Below, piece by piece: positions 12,666-25,275 of a stretch of 64,000 bases of DNA. Numbering within the stretch: position 1 is the stretch's first letter; every line of letters begins with the position of its first letter. The position numbers and the translations under genes are program-made. Origin of the DNA: Trichinella spiralis (taxonomy: Eukaryota); the NCBI RefSeq assembly GCF_000181795.1, contig NW_003526943.1, positions 2,906,707 to 2,970,706 on the forward strand. Direction: 5' to 3'. The notes below the pieces were generated by a model. The model made no database searches. It had not been told where the DNA came from and saw only the letters and a list, made by a program, of their open reading frames with translations.

Positions 12666-15336
12666 ACAGTTATCTGGTTTATAATTATTTTTCATTCCTT
12701 CCAGTTTATGTATAAAGAAAATTGATGGCGAACTTCTTTGCTCAGCAATATTGAAAAGGACACGTTGAATCCTTTTCAGCTGCACCTTTCACAAAAAATA
12801 AAATTTTTGAAATTGCTATGCAAGAAATATTTGTGTAAGCAGATTTTTAAATTCTTTCAGCTATGAATCTGAAAAAAATTCAAAATTGTTTAATTAATAT
12901 GTAATAAAAATAAAATTTTTAAATAATGAAACCACTGACACAACACCTTTTCTTTATAGTATTCAAAAGCAGTGTATAAAGCATATGACAAAGTTTGAAG
13001 CTTCTGCTTATGTTACAATTTTTACTTGTAATAAAAAATTTATTAAATTTAAAAAATTAGATCTTTTTTGTTATTTAATAATTGAAAATTAAAAACATTT
13101 ATTATTATTTTCAAAGAGAACAAAAACCTATGTTAGTTACAGAGTATGACCTCATTTTGTCAACTATGAATCACGTCTGTATCATTGATAACAGTATGAT
13201 TTATATCATTATCATTGACAGTATGATTTATTGCATATAATTTATATTTTATAGATGAATAGTTGATAAAAAAAGGAAAAACAGGAAAATTTCAAACTTT
13301 GACAAAATGTTGACAACGACAGATACGCTACTAAAACTTTATCTTCCTTTAAGTACACTTTTAGTTGAAACAAATCTTAATGAATATTTACATAGAAAAA
13401 TAAAATCGCCAGAAATAAAACATGCCAATACATTGAGGAAATAGCAAAAACTATTAAATATTATATTATATTATACTATATTATATTAACTGATTTAATC
13501 ACAAGCTATGCAACATATGGACGAATAATTTGGCTATTCGAATAGCATGTGAAGGCACGAATTAAAAATTATTTGTTATAGCAACTCAGCTACTTGCATC
13601 ACTAATGCATATATTCAACAGTATTATTAATTTAAATGAGTACGTAATTTCTAATAAAAAATCTGACACGCAAAATAAGGGAAAAACCATTATTTTAGAC
13701 CAAGAAACAGATGAGACATATATAAGTTTATTCTCTGCTAACATTCATTAACTGAATAATTTACGAATTCTAATTAAAACCTTTTGAAATTGTGACAACA
13801 CCATTTTCAGCTTTAAAAAATTGAAATGGAAATGAACACACCCCACAACACATGCATACAATTAAATAATGCACAAATAAAATTCATTAAATTAATGTTG
13901 CATAAAAATTAACCTAAAAATGTCATATATTTCATATGCTTTAACGTAACATACATTTCATTTTTTTATCTAAGTGCTATATTTACATTCTATAGGGAAT
14001 ATGTGCAAAATACGATAAACGTTTCAGACATGCATTTGGGAACAATTAGATATATTTTATTAAAATGGTATTTGCGTCGGTTGGATATAGTTTGCATTAA
14101 ATTGAATTTTAAATTGCAATTCAGTGCATAAAAGAATTAAATAACTGCCATCTGAATATATTTTAAAAGGAATATTAAATTGCATAACTTGCTTTATTAC
14201 AAATACTGTAGCATTGGATTATTCTATCAACTGTGTTTGGCTTCAATGCGTTTTTTCTGCTTTAGTACTTAAAGGTTCTTTTCATGGCAGAAATACTTGT
14301 AAGTTATAAAATTTAATAAATTTGAAATAATCTAGCATAATATAAATAGTGGAAATAATAGTGTATTGGTTGCATTATATTTAATTTATTAAACAGGAAA
14401 TATGAAAAAAGACTACCGTATTAATAGTCACAGTTTTTTGCGTATCATTTCAGTTGTTTTATCCAGTTTGTATGCAAATGTAGCGTTTTAAATATTGGAA
14501 GTTTCCATTGCATTGCAAACACTATGCGAGTTTGCAGTTTTAATCGTTGAAATAGGTTATTTGTTTTCTAAAATGTTTTTAAGTTTTTCTGATTTTGATT
14601 TGCAAATTTGCAATTTTAGCGAAGAATTTTCATGAAATATTATGATTTACTATTAAATGAGTTCACATCTGTCTCGTACAGCAATTTTTAAGGTTTAAAA
14701 AATTTTATTTTTCAAGTGCTTTCTGAATTATTTTGTTTTTGAATGATGCTTCCGTTTGTTTTTTCGAATTTCACGAGAACTAACATTAATGAATGTAGAT
14801 GTTGTGCATATGAAATGCTATTTATAGCTGACGTCACAGGCATGTGGTGTACTGTGAGATTTTCAGGTATCATTTACTGTTTGTTGCATGCTTTTCTAAA
14901 TTATGTTTTTGTACTATTGTCGTGAATTCAGTTTTCAACTTGGGAAATACTTTCACTTTGTGCTAATTTAATTGGTAAAGTTAGCAGTCCAGTTAAGTAG
15001 TATGTTGACTCTTGAAGTAACGCAGCTGTGGTAATTGTCACGTGATTATTTGCTAGTTTATTAACAGGACATGTAATAAAATGTTCATTGCCGGTAATAT
15101 TCAATATTAGAACATAGTATTTTCTGAATATAATAAAGCACGAAAGAGTTGGTCAATATTAAAATGGGGAAAAAGCTTCGCGTGAATTTCAAAATAGTTT
15201 TATTTTTATTGGACAAATTTTATGTTGCTGTTGTGGAATTTTAAATTATATATTTATTATTTTTGATATTTGGCAGAATTGTTTTTCAGTTGTTGTTGTT
15301 GATTTGTAAAGCTGTTTTTTGAACTTGACAATACAT

Positions 15337-16227
15337 ATGTACGAATCGACAATTGGAAATTCGGCAACAGTTGATAGTTCGACTGACCGAAAGAAGCAGG
15401 TGCATCTGTACTGCGAGAAGATGCGAAGAGAAGCAATCAAAGTAATAAAATTGTTTGAAACGTTCAAAATGATGATCTATTGATCGCGATTGTTCTGTGT
15501 TTGTTGCAGGTTGGTTATGCGGAGTTGAAACACTTGCTCCCTTCCAAAGTCACTTCTCTCGGATATAAATTGACAAATGCGAATATCTTGTATCGCGGTA
15601 TATATATATTTATTTTTTTTGTCTTAATGCTTTCATCCAAAAATGGCCAGCCTTCACGAGTGATGGATATTTTTTTTCAGCAGCGGATTGTTTACGCGAG
15701 CTGAAGCAGAACAACAAAGATCAAACTGAAGAGATCAGTCGCCTCCGTTCCGAAGTGGTAGCTTTGCAAATAATTTGTCAGTAAGCTTTCTCAGTGAAGT
15801 GAAATTGTTTGTTCACATTAGCCACGGCTAGTTGGGAATATTTCTAATTATAGAAACTACGCTCGACTCTCTTTCCAAGAAGAAGAAAATTTTGATAGGC
15901 TGTCTGATATCAATAACGCGAATACGTTGAAATTTGAATTGGTGAGCAAATTGATTTGTATCACTGGAATTGAAACAAGAGATTTTATTTGAAAATTTTT
16001 AGTTTCGTGAAATGTTCGACTATTTGGGACAATCTTTTGATTCTTCGGTCAATTTTGACAGTTATCCATCTTTGGCACAGTCAATGCTGGTGTGGTTTGA
16101 ACAAACGGTTGATTTTCAGGTACAACATTAAAAAAACCCTTATTTTCAATCTGAATATAATATATGAAAATTTCAGCATTTACCCGAACTGTTTAACAGC
16201 GTAGTGAAAGGAAAAAAGGCAAGATGA
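15337..16227 (+). CDS. mxl-2: Max-like protein X (Mlx) bHLH-ZIP transcription factor; exons 15337-15441, 15510-15597, 15681-15780, 15854-15941, 16003-16119, 16177-16227
   Basis: DRKKQVHLYCEKMRREAIKVGYAELKHLLP basic/helix 1 with H-E-R E-box residues, KLTNANILYRAADCL helix 2, leucine zipper, and an Mlx C-terminal domain (KFELF...SMLVWFEQ). Confidence 0.88.
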
Positions 16228-16528
16228 TTGTTGATTATGTAAAGCATGTTCATTTTACATTATTGTTTGTTTTCTATTTCAACATTTCAATTTTACGGTG
16301 ATTCTTCAACACATTATTAATAAAAATGTTATCCCATGATTAAATGAAAGAAACAATTGCTATTTTTTCACAGATTTATGTTTGTTTGTTTTTATGAATT
16401 GAAATTACTGAACATTTATTTGATGTTTTAATATATGCATTTATTGTAATGAGGAATAAAGCAGAAAAATAAACAGCAAAATGTTTTTAATTATACTACT
16501 ATTATGATGAGTTTTGTATGAATAAATA

Positions 16529-19355
16529 TCAGAATTTGGCTTCATTCACTTCAGTGGAAAATCCAGCGCTTTTACGTCTGTGTAAGTTGTCAAGAAGTTT
16601 ACTTGATGATCTGACAAAGGTGAAATGTTTATTAAGAAATGGAAAATTATTAATTTACTGACATGCTCTTATAAATCCACGGTCCTTCAAGAATTGTTTC
16701 GATGTTATCTAGTGGCACTCCTTTTGTTTCCGGCATCAACAAGTACAGTACTATTGTACCAAAAACAGTAAAACCACTGTACATGAAAAATACACCTTAA
16801 AACATGAATTATTTTTGAAAATATTGTTTTAATAAATTGAAAAATTGAATACCTTCACGAGTTATTTGCTTTGTCAGAGTTAGGAATGTTTGTGCCGTTA
16901 TCAAGTTGAACATCCAGTTAACAAATGTTGCCATAGAATTTCCACAAGATCTGGCCCAGTTTGGATAAATTTCGCTGAAAGTGGATGAAATATTAGAATC
17001 TTCTTCGTGTGAAATAAAATGCAACCAACATACGCATTCACAGTCCATGGTATGCCTCCAAGCCCTTTAAAAAAATAATATTAGTTATTTGCAGTGTTCT
17101 TTTTTTGCTATGATGTTAGTTAGTAACTAACCTATGGAAAAGAAGCAGAGAAATGAAGTCATTGCTAAAATAGGAATCCAAGAATAGGGTGTAGTACAGA
17201 AACCATAGTCGAACTGTACATTGGGTGCATTGTAGCTGCTTTTGAAGTTTTGCATATTCACTTTTTTAGAACATCGGCCGTACAGTGCGTATTCAGTGGA
17301 CAAAATTTCTGAACCATTTTTACTTATTGAAACGCAGGTGCCGGTCAACTGAGGATGATAAGCAGCAGAATTGTAGCAAAAGCCGCAGTTTGGATCATAC
17401 GAACAGTCGTCACAACTGTTTTAAATATTGCCTATTTTGAGATTTTTTGTTAAATAAAACGTATGTATTACTTACTTGAATGGAATGCAGTGATCATTTG
17501 CTGGTCGATTCGCTTCAACAAATTTTCCAGGCATGGCATGAATGGATATAAGATGAAATCCAATTCCCATTAATAATAAACCAAATATCACACCTGGTAT
17601 AGAAAATAAATATGAATGATATTGAATACGATATATATATGTATATAAAGTAGTTTCATCTAAAAGCATGGTTACCTGTCAAGCTTAGAAATACAAGCAA
17701 CCTGCGCCCAAGGCGTTCAATCAGATATGCCCCTAACACTGTGCCTAAAAAATTTGCCGCCGATGTGACTGCTGACATCCACATTGCTGTCGTTTCGTTC
17801 CTCACCCCTCCCATACGAATTATTGAAGCACTGTAGTACCTTAAAATCAGATCATTGTAACATATATGAAAAAATGAGAATAAAATTACATGACAACGTT
17901 AACTGCGGAAAGTTGCTGAAACATTTGCAAAGCGCACCCCACGATTAAAGCTTTACGTGCAGTTCTCTTTTTCAGCATCTTCAGTAAAGTGAATCCTGAT
18001 GCAAATTAATTTAGATTTATAATATATGAACACAAAGAAACTGTTGAGGTACTTAATTTTATAATTTTGCCTTTATTCGTTTCAAGTGATAAAACTTTTT
18101 AAATTGAGAGAGCAAATTTTTAAGAAACAGATAAAAATTACTTTTTCTAACAAATTCATAGTCATCGTTTAATAAAAGGAAACTAAAATATAGGAAAACA
18201 ATTTAAAAATGATGTAATAAAAAATATGGCTTTTTAAAAATATGTTAAGTAATTCTCATTTCTTCTAAGTTTGGACAAACTTTAAAAGATTCGATTTGGA
18301 TTATGATTTAATTTCTTGTAATTTAAATTACTCTCAGAAAAGTAGATTATTTTTATAATTTAATATAATTAATGTTGAGTAAAACTTGTAATAATATTTT
18401 AAAATAAAATGGCATTTTACGGGATGTTACCTTTGTTTTCTGGGTTAGGGTCAGTTGTTCGGCTTGTTTCTGTTATCGATTCTACATTTACTTGAGCCAT
18501 AGCTATACCTTGATCATTTTTGCCATATATTGATTTCAAAACCCTAAATGCTTCTTCTTTCCGACCTTTGCTAATTAACCACCTCGGACTTTCTGGCATG
18601 AATGGAAAGCTCATTAACTGAAACAGCACTGGAACTCCACCAACAGAATACATGATTCTAAAAGGTATTGTTTATGAAAGTGCTGTGAAAGATTTTACAG
18701 GACAGAATTACCTCCAACTACTATTTTTGTCCTGCATATAACTGAAAGAAGCCGCAAAAATGCAAGCTATCCATTGACCAAACGTGATTAGAACGGGAAA
18801 CAATATTAACATTCTACCGCGGAGATTTGTCGGCACACATTCTGCCAAATATACCGGAATTGTGCAAGAAGATAAACCTGCAGTTAAATTTTAATTTGTA
18901 ATTGAAAAGTAGCAGTAATAAAAAATAGAAATAAAACCTATTGCTATTCCATGAATAAGTCGACCAAAAATGAGAACTTCTTTACCATTGGCGACTGAGG
19001 TAACAATGGCTCCAATGATGTAAAATAAGCATGCGTTCAATATTACTTTACGTCGTCCAAACTTATGATTAAGCCATCCACCCACAAGTGAGAAAACTGC
19101 CGCTGAAGCAACAGTTGTGCTCACAGTCAACTAAAATGCAATTTTTGAGTGCAAGAGGAGTGGACATTTTTGTCTAAAATAACAACTCACTTGTTGCCAT
19201 TGATCATTGAGATGAAATTGTTCACGAATGATCAGCATTGCACCAGATACGATGGCTGTAAAGTATCCCAGTGGAAAACCACTCAGTACTGCCACTGTAC
19301 TGAGCAAGATAAGCGTGGACGAACATCTCATCGTGGAGCTTCTTCGTGAATCCAT
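16529..19355 (-). CDS. hmit-1: MFS sugar porter, H+/myo-inositol transporter (HMIT/SLC2A13)-like, copy 1 (multi-exon)
   Basis: FGRRKVI, PESPRWL, QQLSAVN, YYSA, the Cys-rich HMIT extracellular loop (CSYD..CGFC), [14 protein letters not shown]. Stop at 16529 after a phase-2 intron also present in copy 2. Confidence 0.9.
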
Positions 19356-22300
19356 ACAGTAAAAATAATATGTCCAACAATTGGATGTGTTCTTTGTTTC
19401 TGAGATTCCAACTGTTTAAGCAATTGAAAGTGATTGAGGAGCTGAAAGAAAAATATGAAAAATAAAAATCTCCACGTAGAATTTAGTTATGCTTTCAGTT
19501 TTCAATATAAGTGCTTAAATGCATACCAACTTCAGCAAATGTAAAACTTTGAGCAGGCCATTTTGATTGCTTTGCACTTGATTGACATTGCCGACAGTTT
19601 TGTTTGTTTCAAACAAAGCTACCGACGAAGTAAACTGAAAAAACTACTTCAGCTCTGTGCATTATCACTGCTTTCTATTGAGCTTTCATCACTTAAGACT
19701 GTCATCTCAAAGCAAATATACGATCAATCTACGATCAGATAAACAATTGTAGCATGTTTGCTAAAGCAGGTTTCATTCTGTCTGAAATTCTCATAAACAG
19801 TTATCATGCCTAAATGTTGAAATTCAAAGCAGATTTAAGCAGCTCTAGCAGCTAGTCTAAGATAGCTTTTTCTTTAGTAAAAGAATAAAATCTTTCAAAA
19901 TATGATCATTTTCAAATGATAACTTTGAAAAAGTCTCCACAATCGATTTGGTAGCATTGATTGTGAAGAATAACTTTAAGAAATATATGCACCTTTTTTA
20001 AAAGTATTTCTTATATAATGCAACAATTATACATTCTAACGCGAAGCTTATTTTTAATTTTGAAACTAGGTAAATTTTATCGACACTGTTATCATGTACA
20101 TTGAAAAATGCTTATCATTTTAAAAAGAATCGGTTGAAAACTTGTTCATCAGAAATAATGAACCATTTTAATGGAGGTGAATTAAAATCAAAGCTATTAT
20201 TTAAGTTTCAAATTCTCAAAATGTACCATACCTATTATATAATTATCATATTATATTTATTTCATAGTTTTTTATCCAAACAAATATATTCACTTACCAA
20301 GAGTATATTTAATTGGCAAAATTAGATTTCGAACGTCTCGCAATGCATTGCAACGAGAGTTGAAAAATTGTACATATCAATCTACAAGATAAGGCTTATC
20401 AAAAGTGGACGAAAAATTTTAAAAATATTTATTTATTGCTATTTATAATGCGTATCTGTCCATTGATCTCTTATTTGAGAAGCTTTATCTACTGTGGGGA
20501 ATACAATGTTATGTACACCAGCGAAGCGACTAGGCCAAACCAGTGCAGAATAGAATGAATGAATCAAAATACTTGCGTCATTTCTAATACTTGAAATAAT
20601 GTTAATAAAAATAGCGCATATTTATGATCACTGGATGATTTTTTTAATCCTCATCTAATTAGTATAATTAGCAAGTCAAGTTAAACAAGTTACATTTTGA
20701 AATAACGGAAATTAAATGAACAACTACTTACTGATATTTAAGTATTCCAAATTGCACAGGGCAAGCAAAAAGCTTGATTTAAAAATAATTGTTTGGTATT
20801 TCATTATTTAACCATTGCATCCGCTACCAAAAGCAGAGAGCACTGATTAATCAGCCACAGACTATACAAGAAATGAACAAGTTGCTTAACATTTACCGTA
20901 TAAATTAATTAATATTGTTCACTTTGTACTAGATATACGTACAAAAAATAATAAAGGCTACAGTTATGCTCGCATAAAAATGAAATACTTTAAAATGGGA
21001 AAAAAATTCACGAAATCATTTCTACTTACACTGATTAAACAATTTTATCGACTGAAATACAAACAGAAAAGCGTATAAAGCCGTCACATTCAGTTATCTA
21101 TTTACTAATGAATGCATCAGTTACTCATGCTATATGTACTGTTTGATGACATTTTATACTGTTATACTTATTCTTTATAATGTCATCGTCACAGCAATAA
21201 CATTGTTCTTTTTTATTTGCTTAAGCAGTTTGGCTGTTTGTTGAGCATGTATTTGAAATATACATCATTGAAAAATTTCTTTCATCATTGTGTGATAATG
21301 CTATTCAAAATTCCAGCATAACATTTTAGTTTTAATTTAATATTTTAGCACAGCTTCAGCTGCTAAATAATTGACTCAGCACCACATGTGGCAAGAAAAA
21401 CTAATTTCCGTTGAATACTGCAACTGCATAAAACTAGAAAGTGTACTTTTTTTTCTTTAATATTCATCCAAATTAAAAAATATAATTAATTTTCAATGTA
21501 CTTGATTTACTGGTAAACATAGGTGCCAAATTATAAAGCATAAAATAAGCGCAAAAAAAATAAACTTACTAGATGAAAAATAGTTTGTTTTGCGGCTTTC
21601 AATTAATTTGCAGTTATTTTCATTTAACGTGCCAGTAAAGACATGGATTAGGCAATTTACGAGAGGACAAACAATAAGTAAAATTCATAATATGCAGAAA
21701 TCGTAAGTTTTATTGAAATTTTATTATTTAAAGTTCCATTAAATATTAAGCAATTAAACTATTTCAAATGGTCACTTTCTGATGATATTGAATTTGGATT
21801 CTTTTCTCAATCGTAATTACTGTTCTTTAAGTGAACACTGGAAGCGGTTGCTTTATTAAAATGAGCAGTTAAAATTAAAAAATTAAGTTGCATCAATTTT
21901 TAATAAATTTTAAAAATTTCAATTAAAATTTTCAAATAAATAAAAAAATATTTACTGATAAAGAGAATTTTGTATAACTCTAAGTCAGTTTTAAATGAGC
22001 AGATCACAGATTTAGATTATAATAAATTTTGATTATCCAATAAATATTATCAAGTTTTATTTATCAATCACTATTAATAGATAATTAAATTAATAGTGAT
22101 AATGATTTTACATAAATGCAACGTTTAAAACGCATTTTGTAAGATGCATTTCACCGTATGAGTTAACATTTTAAAATTATTTCTTCAGTATCACTTTGAA
22201 TGAACATTTTTCCACTAGTGTAATCGTTGAAAATCTATGCCTTTTAAATATCTGCAAAGTTTTCAAAGTAAAGCACAAGAAATTTACTGTAATTGTCACA

Positions 22301-22435
22301 TTATAATATTTCTACTTGTTCTAGTATTTCTAGCTCCAATTCTTATAGAATATGCATTTTCTTTTATTTGATCACACATCACTGAATTTATGTGTGGCAT
22401 ATTTATAATGATACAGCTTTCAGTATTGCCTTTTT

Positions 22436-25275
22436 TCAACTAGACAATTTTTCACTTTCAACTCTTCGTTGATGTTTATAATTTGAACTAAAAAACAAAC
22501 TGAAAATTATAAAAAAAATCACATTTCATTTTACTAACGATTTCTTGTAAATCCATGGTCCTTCAAGAATAGATTCGATGTTGTCTATTGAAACACCCTT
22601 CGTTTCAGGCATCAAAAGGTAAAGCAGTACTAAACCTAATGTCAGCCATCCAGCGTACATGAAGAAGACACCTTAAAAATTGAAAATATTTTAAACTCTT
22701 TTCATTTTATAATATAAATTTAATACCTTGACGAGTAATCTTTTTAGACAAAGTCAAGAAAGTCAAAGCGGTCAGCAAGTTGAATATCCAATTGCTAAAA
22801 GTGCCCAAAGAATTGCCAGCTGATCTAGCCCAGTTTGGATAAATTTCCCTAAACATTATTAACATGTTTTTGTAGAAAAAATTATTAGAGAGCAAAAAAT
22901 TATTATGTTCATACGCATTTACAGCCCAAGGTACACCTCCAAGCCCTGAAATATGTATACATTAGTTATATTAGCACTGAAAATTATAAAATACAAACCA
23001 ATAGAAAAAAAACACATAAATATAGTCATTGCAACGATAGGTATTGGAGAATAACGAGTTGAACAAAATCCATATTCAAATTGTAAATTAGATGAATTGC
23101 CATTTCCCATGTTATTATAGCCATTTTTTGGAGAGCATCGGCCGTACAAAGCGTATTCACTTGATACAATTCCAGAATCATTTTTGTAAATGGAAACACA
23201 AGCCCCTGTCAACTGAGAATTATTTGCAGATGAATCATAGCAAAACCCACACTTGCTGTCGTATGAGCATTCATCACACCTTTAAATTTCATTCTTTATA
23301 AATTATAAACAAACTGAAACAATATTACCCAAATTCAGAACAGAGGTCAACCATCGGCGGATTAGCTTCCACAAATTTTCCAGGCATAGCATGAATAGAT
23401 ATAAGTTGAAACCCAATTCCCATAAGCAATAAACCAACGATTACCCCTAATTATCAACATGCACATCATATTAAATAAAAACTATTCATCAATTGGCACT
23501 TTACCCAGCATGCTAAAAAATACAAGGGATCTACGACCAAGACGTTCAATGAGATATACACCTAGTACAGTACCAAAAAAATTAGCTCCACTTATGACTG
23601 CTGACATCCACATTGCCGTTGATTCATTTTTTATGCCACCCATGCGAACTATTGATGCACTGTAATACCTATTTAATTAAAAAAAATTCACTATTACGAA
23701 ACTGAAATCATCGCTATTATAATAATATTTTTCTTGCATGACAACGTTAACCGCTGAAAGCTGCTGAAAAATTTGCAAAGCGCAGCCAACAATCAAAGCT
23801 TTCCGAGAGGCACGATTTCTTAACAATTTAAATAGCATGCACTCTAAAATATGTAAAAGCATTATGCTAGTGTTTGCGTTGATTTATAAGATTAATTTTA
23901 TTAAGAAAACATAGCTATACCCCTTTTCCTAGTATGTGATGCTTCTGCATGATCCACTTCTGTCATAGAATTGATATTCATTTGTGCCATAGCTATTCCT
24001 TTGTCAGTTTTTCCATATATTGATTTCAAAACTTTAAATGCTTCATCAATGTAACCTTTACTGACTAGCCATCTCGGACTTTCTGGCATGAATGGGAAGC
24101 CAAACAATTTTATTAGAACAGGAATTCCGCCTATACCGAACATGATTCTAAATGCAAGTGTGGAATACTTTTATAAAAATTTAACAAAAAGTAAATAAGT
24201 TTAAAACATTCTACCTCCAACTGCAATTTTTGTCCTGCAAGTAGCTCAACGATGCAGCAAATATGCATGCTGCCCATTGACCAAGTGCTATCAGAACTGG
24301 AAACATTATTAGTAATCTGCCACGGATATTCGTCGGTACACATTCAGCCAAATAGGGTGGAACTGTACATGAAGATAAACCTGCAAAGATACAGTCTCTT
24401 TTCAGAAAATCTGTAAAATAAAAATATATCTTAAAAAACCAATTGCAATTCCATGAAGAAATCGACCAGCAACTATTGCTTCTTTATTAGTGGCAACCGA
24501 GGTAACAATGCATCCAATAATATAAAACAAGCATGATACTAAAATGACTTTCTTGCGCCCAATTCTCTGATTAAACCATCCACCTAGAAGTGCAAAAATC
24601 GCCGCCGCAGCAACCGTTGTACTAACAATAATCTAAAACAAAAAATCTTATATCACAACTTTGATGATATGAAATGCTTTATTGGTAATAAAAATAAAAC
24701 TTTTCTCAAAACAAGTAATTTTTTCAGATATATAAAACGTACAGATTAAATTTTAGTTGTAATACTTCTAGTTTACGACAGTTAGCGATAAGTTTCAGAA
24801 ATAAGTCACAGTATAAATGCTGAACTAAAATGAGTAATGATCAAATTTCTAGTCACTTGAATATTAAATTAAATGTAATGCAAAAAAAACAAAATCTCTC
24901 TTGTCATTCCAATTATACATAAGTTTGACACTGAACTTCAAATTCTGCTATTTTTAGCCCGATGCTTTCACTGTATCAGTATTTTGTCTCTTGAACTTTA
25001 AATAACAATACTTGCTTAGCAGTAATTTTGAAAGACATCCTGCTCATTATTATGAATTATTTTTTACAAATTAAAGCAGGATTATACAAATTAAAAAAAA
25101 TTCGTACCTGTAGCCAATGATCGTCAAGAAGGAACTGCGACTGGATGATTAACATTGCTCCGGATATAATGGTGGTAAAGTAGCCTATTGGAAAGCCACC
25201 CATTACAGCCATAACGCATAGAAAAATAAGCGTAGGAGTAGTCTTTGTTGGTGTGATTTCGTCGGAATCCATCAT
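22436..25275 (-). CDS. hmit-1: HMIT/SLC2A13-like transporter, copy 2 (tandem paralogue, multi-exon)
   Basis: Same motifs and matching intron positions as copy 1. ATG at 25275, TGA at 22436. One GC-AG intron (23669-23737). Confidence 0.9.
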
